From Chrysomallon squamiferum (taxonomy: Eukaryota; Animalia; Mollusca): a stretch of DNA of 64,000 bases. Of the stretch, positions 41,154 through 54,430 are shown piece by piece. Within the stretch, counting starts at the first letter, position 1. Every line of letters begins with the position of its first letter. Both the position numbers and the translations under genes were made by a program. Under the pieces are notes generated by a model. That model was not told the origin of the DNA. It ran no database searches and saw only the letters and a list, made by a program, of their open reading frames with translations. Where the stretch lies: NCBI GenBank assembly GCA_012295275.1, contig CM022672.1, forward strand, positions 10,974,001 through 11,038,000, given 5' to 3'.

Positions 41154-41436
41154 CAGGTTGAGAATCCTTTATCTGAAATGCTTGGGACCCGAAGTGTTTT
41201 GGATTTTGGAGATGGCATGAGAATAGAATTTATGTCTGTATATGAATTCCATTTATTTTTCACATTCAGCTTATGCAGATAGTCTGAAGCATTTTTAAAA
41301 TAATATTTTAAATAATTTTTATGCATAAAATATGATTTGTATATGAAAAAAGTCCCAAATCTGTAAGATATTATTAATTCTGCTGCTTGGAACAAGTTTT
41401 GGATTTCAGAAGTTCAGATAAGGGATCCTCAGCCTG
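41154..41436. mobile_element. Tc1/mariner-pogo (Tigger-type) MITE, 283 bp
   Basis: 24-bp TIRs CAGGTTGAGAATCCTTTATCTGAA and TTCAGATAAGGGATCCTCAGCCTG (3 mismatches), TA target-site duplication on both sides, and subterminal GTTTTGGATTT repeats. Confidence 0.9.
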
Positions 41437-42733
41437 TATTGTTATTAATTTAGTAAAACTAATTTCATTCCTTAATTTTTTAGTTATTTATTATTATTAT
41501 TATTATTAATTTTTATTTATTTAATTATTTATTTATTTATTATTGTTGTTGTTTTTTTTTTTTGTATTTTTTGGCAATATTATATTTTCTTTTTAGAAAA
41601 TACTTTTTATATAAATTTATTTTGCACCAACAACAGACCAAAGAATATGTCGGTAATGCAGTATTCTGTTAGTAATGGAATCTAAATGGTACTTGTGTGT
41701 ATATTTAAATGTGTTTTATTTCTGAAGTATATATTTGAGTTTTAAAGACAATAAAATTAATATTTAAACAAACAAAAAATTAAGAAAAGCCTTTATTATA
41801 TGTATTTAAACAGCAAATAGTAGTCTTGTAATCTTCATATTTAAAAAAAATTATTTTAGTCAATTTTGTTTTTTGTTTTTTGTTGTTTTTTTAAAGAAAA
41901 AAAGTAAAGAATGTTATATCTGCATTATTTCCCACGTTTTTTTGTATCAGTGAGTCAGATTAAAATATTGCTGAAGAAATTTATAAACCATGCACACTGC
42001 TATTATCATTTTGTTTTATTTTATTTATTTTTAAAAATCTGTTTTCTTCGCATGATAGGGAATATATATAACCAGTGCTTTATGTAAAACTTTTTGCATG
42101 AAAAAAACCTGAAACATTATTGTGATTGAAATGCTTTGTTCTTTGTTGAAATAAACTAATTTTTCTTTTTTTTAATACTACATTTATTGTCAGTCTGTTA
42201 TTTATTTCAAGTATACAAGTACTGAACCACTTATCTGGCTTCAAGAAACCCAGAAAGCTGGCTATTTTCAAAAACTGAGTATTAAATTACTTGCAGTGTA
42301 GTTCACTGCTTGGTAGGGTTGTTTTGTTTTCCATGATGTACACACTGAAGTACACTAGTCACTGTCTATAAACGATCCTCTCACAAGTTGTTGTTAAATA
42401 GGTGTTCCCTGAATAACTGTTAAATAAAATATGTGCTTTATTTTTCATCATTTAATGTTCATCCCATGTATTGTAAATTGTATTCCATGCATTTATTTTA
42501 CAAATTTTAAGTGCATTAAGAAGTTTATTAATTTGTACTGTTAAATAAAATTATGTTCTTTACAATTCTGGCTAATAATGGTGGTACCAAATTTGCTGGA
42601 TGATAATTCAGTATAATAATTCTCATCTTTGAAAACATTCTCAATAAGAGTTACGTCCCCTCGTTCATTACCAACACAGAAACAAAAGATTTCTGTTCTT
42701 GTTTTTTTATTTTTTTACTACGTCTGTTAGGAA

Positions 42734-42771
<38 letters not shown>

Positions 42772-44626
42772 TTAATTTTTAAATAATTGAAAGTATCATT
42801 TTGTTGTGAAATTATAAATAATAAGGTTATTAACTGTAAAGTATTAAAACTCGTACCAGAAATAAACAAAATAGTAGACATTTTTTTTTTTTTTTTTTTT
42901 TTAGAAATAATAAAAGTAAAGGAGATAAAATTTACTACTGAAATTAAAAATAAATACATTAAATTTAAAAATCAAGCTTGTAATATAAAAATAATAATAA
43001 TAAATTGAATATAAAATCTATTATTTTTTTGTGAATTTTCTTTAATTCAAAATAAAGTCCAAGAAGATAAAAATATTAAGTGCATAATAATATAAATAAA
43101 TTTAAAAAAAACAAAATGAGAGGATTACCAGCTTAAATTTTTTTTCAAATATGTTCATAATTAACAACACATACTCATTTATATATATATATATATTACT
43201 AAGAAGGATTAACTTGTGAAAATTAAAAATAAGGAACAGATCAGCGTGAAGGGTATTTAGTTCATACTAATAAAATAAAAAATATCTGTTAACCATTTTT
43301 TTTCTCCCTATAAACTTCTAGGGGTAGGATAAGCTGCTGAAATTAACAATAACACATTAATTCAATGAAAGATATTAAACTTTTATTTACAAACATTAAA
43401 AAGGGAAATAAATATGAAAACATGAAAATTAAAATACCATATTCTACACAAGATGATTAAAATGATTTTAATAATGTTCTAAAACCTGCTTTAAATTTTT
43501 TTTTTCACCTTCACAAAAAATTGTTATTTATAAACAAAGAGACACACATTTAGTTATCTTTTCCCAAAGGTCAAGAATGTGGGAAAAGCTATTTCTGTTT
43601 TATCTTTTTTTTTTAATTTCCAGTTTTTCAGTGTTCTGCACACTCTGAAGTCTCTAGTGATAATTGTCTGCTGGTTGCTGACTTCAGACTAAATGTTTAT
43701 GTAACAGTTTACTTCCTAAGAAAACGTCCACTGTAAGCTTACACAAATAAACAGAAAGACACACAAACACGCATGAATTTTTACTTTTCTTTATTTCTTT
43801 ATTTCTTTATTTATTTGTGTATTTTTTTATTATTATTAAATAAAAATTATCTTATAATTATTTTAAACCATACATATTTGATTATGCACACCAATTCACC
43901 AGTTATTATAATTAATTCAATTATTCATTGAAATTTTTTAATTTATTTTTTATTTATAATAATAAAAAACCAATGAATAAATAAATAAATAAATAAATAA
44001 ACATTTATATTAATCTTTTTTCATAATACTTTTACTAACAATTTTTTTTAATGTTAAACTATATTAACAATATTTCCATATAAATTAATTCAAAACAAGA
44101 ATTTACAGATTTTATTTAATGCAATGAAAATTATTTTAAAACCAGAATTATATTTAATATTTTTCTAATAAATTTGTTCCGTTACAATTATATCAATTAG
44201 CTTATGTAAAATGTAATAATTTAATAATACTAACAATTTATTTATTATTATTAATATTTTTTCAGAAATAAATAATAAATTTTGTTTAAAACACCAGATA
44301 AAATAATTATCCAAAATAAAATAAAAATTAAACTTTATTGGTTAATGCATTATTTGCATAAACTATAATTATGTATATATATATTTACTTTAATGTATAA
44401 TAATACAAGTTTCACAATTATTTTTTTAAACTACATTATTTAAAATCTTCGTCCCCCCATATTTCAGATAATAAATTAACAAAATCTTGCTCAATACAAA
44501 AAAGATTTATATGGATAAACTACAGTTTCTTCTTTTTCTGCTTTTATGGTGTTCATCAACAAAATGACTACAAATGTTTTTTTCACGTTATCGTTATATA
44601 CCCCTAAAAAGAGGGGGGAAAAATAC

Positions 44627-44669
<43 letters not shown>

Positions 44670-45811
44670 AAACATTTGCTTGTTAACTAATAAACATTAA
44701 ACAATTATTTACTTATTAATTTTAAATGAGACAATGGAAGCCTAGAAACAATAACCAAACATTTTGAAATAACAATGCTATAAAGACTGGGTAATCTTAA
44801 AAGACTGAGTATCCACTACCATTATGTGGAGTGTTGCGTTATTCGATATTTTTTTTTTTTTTTTGTGTTGTTTTGTTTGTTTTTGTATGTGTGTGTGAAA
44901 CAATTTTTTTATATATATACTGTTATATAATAATTGTTATATTTATTTTGGGTTTTTGTGTTAAGATAACTAAAAAATGATAATGCTACCAACTATTTTT
45001 TCAATATAATTGTTTGTAATTTAAAAACGTGTTGAACTTCTAATTTAAAAAAGATCATTTTTATTATTATTATTATTATTTTTTTCTTTTTTTTTTTTTT
45101 TTTGCATTTAAGGAAATAATTACTTATTTATAAAATAATTTCTGATTATAAATTAAACAATGAACAATCATATCAACAGATTTTCATTTTAATAATTATT
45201 AGGACTCAAATATTTTGCTACATTTCTACTTTTTTCTCTTTTCTTTATAATTTCTTTTATATTTTTAGTTTAAAAAAAAATATATATATATATATAAAAA
45301 CACAAACACAAATAATTTAAACAATGATGCACTGATACATAAAATCTCAGTTACACATATCTCACACAGACACACAAATACCACAGATATACACCAATGA
45401 ACATAATAACAGATAAAGAAAAAAGAATATGATATAAAGGTTACAGTAACACTTCAATATGATAAAAATGAGTATAAAAAAAACAACTTGTAATACTTGT
45501 TTCAATATTTTAAAATAAACTGAGTGTGAAAACAAGAAAAAAAAAAAAAAAAAAAAAAAAAACCATTTTATGTGACTTTTACTGTCATTTAACCGGAGGT
45601 AATAACATTTCTTCATAATATTCAAAGACATAACAAAAAATAATAAAAATAATAATAATAAAAATATAAAAAAAAACAAAAAACAAACAGTGTAAACTTA
45701 CTCATACAGCCAAGGTAAGAAGTTTGACAAAGACCAACAGCAAAGTCAACTCAAGGCCAAACCACAGATCAACTTCTTTACATAACATTCAGTGAAAATA
45801 AATTTTTAAAA

Positions 45812-45844
<33 letters not shown>

Positions 45845-47559
45845 TTAGTTACCTTCTTATCTTGCTTCCTCTCAGTAATTGTGTTTTGTATATAGACATA
45901 ATATAAAGATATATATAGAGACACATAGATATGAATAGTTACATAAATAGACAGATATTTACTTAGATATATATCAATATAATGGGAAAACAAAAACCAA
46001 AATAGGGATTTTATACATATATATATTTGTACTTTCTTTTCTTCTTTTTTTAAATTATATTTCTTCTTGAGTTATTTTGAAAGTGTTTTCTCTTCTTTTT
46101 TTTAAGTTTTGTTACTGTTGTTCTATTTTTTTTCTTTTCTTTTTTTTAATGAACATTCATATCCACTGTTGTGTTTGGCATGTACACACTTTGCTGGGTG
46201 AAAGTGTGCCAAAAATTATTCTTAGAACTGGCACAAAATGTTTTCATGGAGGGATGCCAAAAATAGCCCAGAACATGCATAGTGATCTATATATATATAT
46301 ATATAAAATATTCATGTGTATGTGTAAAAAATGCTGCACTGCATAATACACTTGTAATGTGAGAGCATATCCAACAGGTTTTTTTTAAGACTGAGTGCAT
46401 GCATTCTGATCTGATTATATAGACATGTGTGTGTTTGTCTTACACGTAAACAAACACTGCCTTGCTATATATTGCTCAGGTGAAAGTGTAACTGTTCTTT
46501 TCTTCTACTAATTATATACATTCCAATATATACATACAAACATATGTAAACATGTACTTTGGCATGTACATATCTGCATACATATATATATATACGTATA
46601 TACGTACAAACATATTATTATTATTGTTATTATTATTATTGTTATTATTATTATTGTTATTATTAAATGTTGTTATTATTACTACTACTACTACTACTTC
46701 AATTACTACCCTATAATTATTATTATAATTTTAAAGAATCCAAGATAAAAACTACTAACACAGTGACTCAAAAATAAATTATCATGGATGTTTAGGACAT
46801 TTACATAAAATGATGTAATTTTACCTAATTTATAACTTGGATACTGACATAAATTGCTAAAACACACAAACATCATGACAATAGTATTGTAGTTTAAGTA
46901 TGTGACCATAAAGTTTACTGTACAGTAATTTAAAAAAGATATTTTTGGACCACAATTGGCCAAAACCTGTTATGACAAGCCCATGGATATTGAGGGTTGA
47001 CTGTATATGTTCGATAATTTTTTATTTTAATTTGACATGCAATTATGAACTAATTATCACGTGAAATCTATGACACGACCAGCATACATAAACATAAATT
47101 ATGCTAATTTTAATTTATGCAGGTCATGACTCAAGGTCAAATATTCTGCTGTTCTTTACAGAGTTATGATTTAGACCATTGCAAAAAAAATAATAATTTA
47201 GAACTGGAATGTTGCCATTAAAATTGTCACTTCAGAGCACTGAAATATTTATTGTTCATTTGTTAGTAACCACTTAGCTAGGAACAAGTGCAAAATTATT
47301 CATGTTACTGCATAAACACGACAGTAAAAACTGGTGAAAAATAAAAGGTATTTATTTTTCCATTAGCCTAGCGTGACATGTTTTCACTTCAGTGATGTAT
47401 GTAAGAGATAATTCTCACAAGAGTTTAGTATTTTAAGAAACACATAACACGAGGGATAGAATTTAGTCTCACCCCCACAACAAAAATATAACACGAGTTT
47501 GATAATTTATTTATTACCTGAATTTCGTTAAGTACAAAACGGTGAAAACTTGTTTTCAT

Positions 47560-47742
47560 TTTGTGATTTGGGAATTGTTGGAAATATTTTTATACTTACA
47601 TAGTATTCACAGATTTTTATTTCCTCCATATTTAGCTGATATTTTTTTCTTTCTGCTTTCTATTATTATTTTGTGATTGGGGAATCATGAGAAATATTTT
47701 TGTACAGTATTCACAGATTTCTCTTCCCTTTACATTTAGCTG
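47560..47742. repeat. Tandem duplication with a unit of about 110 bp
   Basis: TTTGTGATT.GGGAAT..GAAATATTTTT..AGTATTCACAGATTT..ATTTAGCTG occurs twice. Confidence 0.75.
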
Positions 47743-49359
47743 TGGATTTTTCAATTTTAATCTCTCATCTTTATTTATTTATTTTTATTTTTTATTTATT
47801 ATTATTATTATTTTATTATTATTATTATTTTTTTTTTTCTAAGTAAATGCATTTCAACAAGAAAATTATGTTTGCCACTAATAATTAACTTGTTTGATGC
47901 TCTTACTTTTTGACGTCTGTGACTATAAAATAACATTTTATGTAAATCATGATACTGTATAAAATAATAATTTGAAAGAAAATACAAAACTTGTCTGAAT
48001 TTTATGTAATTTATGATTCAGTATTGTTATAATTTGAAGGAAAAAGAGAGATGAAAACAAAAGAATTAAAAAACAAAAAAAGTATAAAACATTAATGTTT
48101 ATAATTTGTCTTGTCAGAATAACTAAGTGATTTATGTTGTATTCACAAGAACAAATTAAATATCAAAAATTTTGTTTAATTTAGTGAGATATATTTTTTA
48201 CACACAAATGACATAAAACAGTTTGAAAGAAATGACAAATGTTTCTCTTTTCAAAGTTTAAAATTTATGTTTATTTAAAAATTAAATAAATACATGAAGT
48301 ATAAACATGAAGTAAGGAAAAATACATATTCTGCATAAAATGTACATAATTTAAAAAAGAAAAATAAATTAGTTTTTTCATTAATTTGTATATATAATAT
48401 TATATTTTATATGTATTTGAAAAAAATTTATAATTTAAGTTTCATTTTAATAAGTGGCTTTATCCTGCACATTTTACAAAAGCCAGGAGTGCATTTTCGC
48501 CTTTTTTTTTACCATCCTTTTTTAACAACAGCAACTCTTTCCTATGTGTTTTCACACACACACACAAAAATCCAGTGAAGTTGTTTTTTTCACAACATCC
48601 TTTGACAGGGTTAACAAAAAATCTGGAAATATTTCACATCAGACTTAGAACATGCATTGATACACAAACAAATCAACATTCGTTTTATCAACAGCATAGA
48701 TTTGCAGAGTGTTGGTCAATTTGCCTATCTAAAACACAATTTTTGTTTGCTACAAACATTAAACATTAAAAAAAAAAAGTAAAATCCATGTTAAAAAAGA
48801 TCCTCTGATATTAAATTAACTACAAAATATTTTTCAAGGAAAACGAAATTTTAATTCAAAAATAATTTTAAAAAAAACAAAAAAACAAACAAATGGAAAT
48901 TGTTTCCTACCAAGATCCAAACTAAAAAGAGATCCACTGGTATTCCATTCCCCCCCCAAAAAAAATACAAAGTAAAAATAATTATTTGAAGAAAATAAAG
49001 AACAAAAGAAAACCCAAATGACAACTTTTATACAATATCATTTAACCTAAAAGAAACTGAATTATATATATATATATATATATATTCACATAAATTAAAC
49101 TTTAAAAATAAATAAACTGAATATTAAAAAAGAATAATAATAATTCAAAATAATAATTATTACTATTATCTTTCCCTGTGAAATTCAAACATAAAATATA
49201 TTTTGAATTACATACAAAAAATTTACTTGGCAATAAAAACAAATTAAAAATTAAAAATTATTATTATTTCCCTGTTTAAAAATTGGCATAAAATAATCTA
49301 TTTAAGTTCACCAACATATACACAAATAATGATAATAATAATCATAATCATAATAATTT

Positions 49360-49480
49360 AAATAAATAAATAAATAAAATAAAATAAAATAAAATAAAAT
49401 AAAATAAAATAAAATAAAATAAAATAAAATAAAATAAAATAAAATGAAATGAAATGAAATGAAATGAAAATAAATAAATA
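49360..49480. repeat. (TAAA)n-(TAAAA)n-(TGAAA)n compound repeat
   Basis: Directly visible. Confidence 0.95.
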
Positions 49481-50729
49481 ACTAAATAAATAACACTTTT
49501 TAATTAAAATGAAACTAAAAAGTTCAATATTTTATTTATTTATTTATTTTTAATAATAGGGAAATGATAAAATAATATTTACTTATAAGAATCTTTATAC
49601 TGAAGTGAATTTACGTTTTAAGTTACAACTTAAGTTATGTACTATTACATTATGATTACTGACACTATACAACTTACAGCTTTGAGAGACTAAATATATT
49701 TAACATAAAAATAAATAAATAAATAAATAAATAATAAAAACAAAACAACAGCAACTATAAACAGCAAATAATAAATATAACATTAATTGAAATATAACAT
49801 CGTTTGAATTATTTACCCTTCACCTGGCTAAATTTCCTTCCGGGTTCATTTACATATCAGACACGTGACAAATCACAGCATCAGGAAATGTTCTCCAGTG
49901 AACGTTAACGTAACCGGTACGCTTGAGTAGACTACATAATTCTTTTTTTTTTTTTTTTTTTTTTTTTTTTGCCCCCTCTGTTCTCAAGTGCCCAGTAATT
50001 ACACGTGTTAAGTTAATGTGTGTTATTCATATTTCACTGGTCGAAACAGTAAATGGTTAATTATGAAGTCGAGTGAAAGAAGTGTGTGGTTATAATGGAG
50101 GAAAAAAAAAAAGTAATAAGATGTATCGCTTTTTTGTGTGGTATACAAAGTTGTTTTTAAAACATTTTGGAGAAACTTTTTATAATGTTAATTTTTAATA
50201 ATAATGTTGCTTTTTGTTTTCTTTCTTTTCTTTTTCTTTTGATTCCATTTGCTGTACTTTCTTCCATTCTTTTTTTGTTGTTTTATTGCGGGGTTTTTTT
50301 TTCTCGTTTTTTTTTTGAGGAGATGGGTCATGTTTGTTAAGATTTTTAAAAATTATTATTGTTTGTTGATTTTTTATTTCAAATAAATAAACAAAAATCG
50401 ACTACAATAGCAACAAAATGAAAATCATATATATTAAAAATGTTTCCCCAAAATGCCGTGAATTAGACATTTAAATAAGAAAAATGCTTTCCCGTGTGAT
50501 TTATTTAGAAGTTCATAAAAGTATTTTTCTCTTTTGTTATTTATTTATGTTATTATTATTTTATTTACATATTTATTTCATTTCAATATTTTATTTTTTT
50601 AATTTATTTTATTACTGCTGTTATTAATATTAATTTCACTTTAATACAATAAGAATGTTAAAATTGAAATTGTAAATTTGATGTTACTAATAAACAAATT
50701 ATTGTAATACTTTATTGATATAATAATAA

Positions 50730-51100
50730 CAGTATAAAATTATTTTTTCTAAAAATGAGATTACTGGTAAAATATTAACAAGATAACACTGGAAATGTTA
50801 ATATGAAATTATTGATAAAATATTAATAAGTAAAAAATGGTTTATAAAATGAAATTGACAATAAAATATAAATACATAAAAATCAGGATTCACAAAATAA
50901 AATTACTGATGAATATCAATATTATAAAACCAAGGATTCATAAAAAAAAAAAAGAAGAAGAAGAAAAATGGATGTTAACGAGATAAAACTGGGAATGTTA
51001 AAATAAAATTACAGTTAAAATATTAATAATAAAACCAGGATTCTCAATATGAGATTAATCATAAAATATTAACAAAAATATTAATAACAGTTTAAACCAG
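50730..51100. repeat. Degenerate minisatellite (about 45 bp unit)
   Basis: Recurring AAAATGAAATTACTGATAAAATATTAATA..AAAACCAGGATTC units. Confidence 0.65.
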
Positions 51101-52673
51101 AAGAATTTCTTTTCATGCATGTTGATTAGTCTCTTTCTCCATAGCAACTGTTAACTGCTCAAAAACAATTTAGACCAAAAAGGAAGAACGGCATTGTTAA
51201 GTGGCAATCAGCTGCCATGTCATTGACCTGAGATTTGGGTTTTTTGTTGTGGGTTTTTTGTTCTTCCATCTTTACTTCCTAAGCATGCCATGTAATTAAT
51301 TCAAAGGCAGCCATTTACTATGGGAGAAACAGGAAGCCAATCAACAATACAGATGTTGCTAAGTGCCATTAACAGCCATGTTTGTGAATTATCATTTTCA
51401 GAAATTATATTTTCTGTTCTGCTAGAGCTTTTTTTATTGTTTGTTTTATTTTTTAATTTATTCATTGTTATTGTGGCTTTCTAAAATGTTAAAAATATTT
51501 TTTTTTTTTTTTTTTTTTTACTTCAAACATATTTTTGTTTATTTTTTATTTATTTATTTTTCTTTTTTTTTTTTTTTCTTTGTAATGTAATTTTGCATAA
51601 ATATCAGTGGTTTCTGTTTTAAAATTTTTGCATTGTGATTTTTTTTAAAATTTAATTTACTAAAACTTGATTCTATCTAAAATAATCAGTTTATGGCTAC
51701 AGAACTCTAAAAACTGCTACTGTTGTTTATTTATAATTTAAATAAAATATATTTAGAACTGTAAAAAAAAAAAAAATAAAAAAAAAAATAATAATATAGT
51801 TAATGAATTAACAAGTGAGACATGTTCTATATTATATGGGAACATTGTCTTGAATAACAGTTATACAGCATATTACTTTTATTTATTTATTTTTTTTCCA
51901 ATTCTAAATATATTTTATTTAAAGCATATTAAAGATATATTTTTATTTTTTTCCTATACTTTATACTAACTAAATCAAATTTTAGTAGCAAAATAAACTT
52001 TAAAAATACACCTTCCCAGATAATGACAGAGCTCTGATTTTAAAGGAAAACATTTAAATGACTGCTCCTTGGAGAATTGATCCTGTTGTTTTCAAAACTG
52101 AGCAAAAAAAAAACTCATTCCAAAACATAAACCAGACAAAAAAAAAAAAAAATATGGACATTCTTCTTGTCTTAGCCAGGAATTAGTCTCGAATGATAAA
52201 TGGGATATATTTAGACTAAATAACAATTCCTTGGATACTGCCACTACCACACAAATAAAAATAAAGTAATAAGTATGGCAGATCTGGTATACAGTGTAAA
52301 TATAATTTGTATTTGACTTGAACAATATAAATTTTATAAAAATTCAGGTTTCCTATAAAAAAAATAATAATAATAATAAAAACAAAAAATACATGTATAT
52401 ATTTGTGTATTTGTTTTAATTTATTTATGAGTGGTTATTTGTGTTTGATATAAACATGTAAGTATGTCTCTGTGTGTGTTTATGTATGTGTTGATCGTGT
52501 GTGTGTGTGTGTGTTGGGGGAGGGTTATACGTGTGAATGTATGTATATTTATAACTAATTTAAAATAATGGGGTTTTTCAAAATTCTTATTCCCCATAGA
52601 AGGGGGACATGTGTTTTTTTCTTCTCTGTTTTTTCTGGAGACGATTGCCATAATTATTTCTAATTACAGATTC

Positions 52674-52984
52674 ATTGTTGATGTGTGACACCCTATTAGT
52701 TAATTCACTGATTATCTAATATTAACCTTCATAATTTCAAATAGTGTTGATTATGTAACAGATAATTAGGACAAAATTTTTTGTACAGATTATATGTTTT
52801 TTCACATGTTCAGATTTTATATTCCTGTATCTATAAAATTTATGTTCCTCTGTTTATAGATTTTATGTTCCTATATGTATATATTTTATATCCATATATA
52901 TATATATTTTTTTTTTATATCCATATATATATATATATATATATATTAGATAATCAGTGAATTAACTAATAGGGTGTCACACAT

Positions 52985-52991
<7 letters not shown>
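52674..52991. repeat. Perfect 49-bp inverted repeat (arms 52674-52722 and 52943-52991)
   Basis: ATTGTTGATGTGTGACACCCTATTAGTTAATTCACTGATTATCTAATAT and its exact reverse complement. Confidence 0.97.
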
Positions 52992-53025
<34 letters not shown>

Positions 53026-53190
53026 TTTATTATGTCTGTAGAGATTTTATGTTGCAGTTTTATGTTCAAGTTTTAAATTCCTATATGTGTAGATTTTGTA
53101 TAGAGTTTATGTTCCTATGTGTATAAATGTTATGTTCTTATATTTACACATTTTATGTTCCTACATTTTTATATTTTATGTTCATACGTA
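52785..53190. repeat. Minisatellite (ATTTTATGTTCCTATA-like, about 22 bp unit) interrupted by (TA)n
   Basis: Directly visible repeated TTTTATGTTCC units. Confidence 0.75.
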
Positions 53191-53624
53191 TAAAAATATA
53201 ACGTTCATATTTTTTTCTTTTTATGTTGTTGTTTTTGCCACACACTTCTCTTGTTTTCCTGATCACCAGGTTTGTTGGCGAGTTCAGTGACTTTGGCACA
53301 TGTCCAGACCACAACTTGGCTAATACTAATACTGAACACCAAAACATGAACACTGAAAGTGTATCTGTCCAAAGTTTGTCTTTTTAAAGAAAGCCCTACT
53401 CAGCAGGGTATGTTGAACATAAGCACTTCATATCATTAGAAATAAATATATTAATATTCTTTCATTTTTATACACTCTGGATTATTTAAATGATGTTGGT
53501 GAAAAAAAGAAATGTTACTCTTTTGGTGATAGGTATAATGTTCATTTAGAAAGATGGGAAAAAAGAAAGAGAAGCGTAAAAGGAATAAAAGAGACAGAAA
53601 TGAAATGAAATCATGTTCATTCTA

Positions 53625-53626
<2 letters not shown>

Positions 53627-53678
<52 letters not shown>
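53627..53678. repeat. (TG)n microsatellite
   Basis: Directly visible. Confidence 0.97.
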
Positions 53679-53684
<6 letters not shown>

Positions 53685-54407
53685 CATGCCTGTGTGTGTT
53701 GTAAACAGTTTCCTGCTGGAAATATAACAGGCACAAAAAATATTTTAAAAATCATAATAATAAAAATAAAATAAAATACTGAACTTCGTGTTAAATTCAC
53801 TTTTAATTAGACCTGCTTTAGTGTGAGTGGAACAAACAAATGTCAAATCATTCTACTGTGGTAATCATTTCTTTTTATTTGTAAAATCAAGAATAACAAT
53901 ATTTTGTACAAAGATCATGTAATAGCTTAAGTGTAAATTAATTTTGTAAAATACCTTAGTGATACTTTACCAGTGATTCTATCTCATTACAATGAATCAT
54001 TATAATAAAGTAATAATTCAAAGAAAATTATAGAGAATGATATTTTTCTGTTTATTGTGGTATCATGTCATAGATTCAGCAAACTATTGCAAATATTAGA
54101 ATTGCTTTTCTTTTATATTTGCATGTATGGAACAAAATATGAAAAAGGAAATTTATATTCTCACAAGCTACTTATGTCACTGTTAATCTTATTATTTAAA
54201 AACATTGGTGTAATAAATGTTGCATAATACTTCAGAATTAAGTAAATTTTAAGGTACAGAATAACCAGAAAAAAAACAAGTAAATTTGGAAATGGATATT
54301 TTTTTGCATGATTGAAGGTTTTTGCTTCATAGCATGAAAACATGCAGTACAACCTATCCATGATTTTCCACAATACACACACACACATTTACACGTACAT
54401 TACATGA

Positions 54408-54430
54408 AATTAGGTCACCATGACCTAATT
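54408..54430. promoter_or_regulatory. Perfect estrogen-response-element palindrome (IR3)
   Basis: AATT-AGGTCA-CCA-TGACCT-AATT matches the consensus AGGTCAnnnTGACCT. Function is not demonstrated. Confidence 0.55.

Noticed and set aside
46960-47005. GGATATTGAGGGTTGACTG-TA resembling one Tigger-like TIR
   Set aside because: No partner TIR was found, so an element cannot be delimited.
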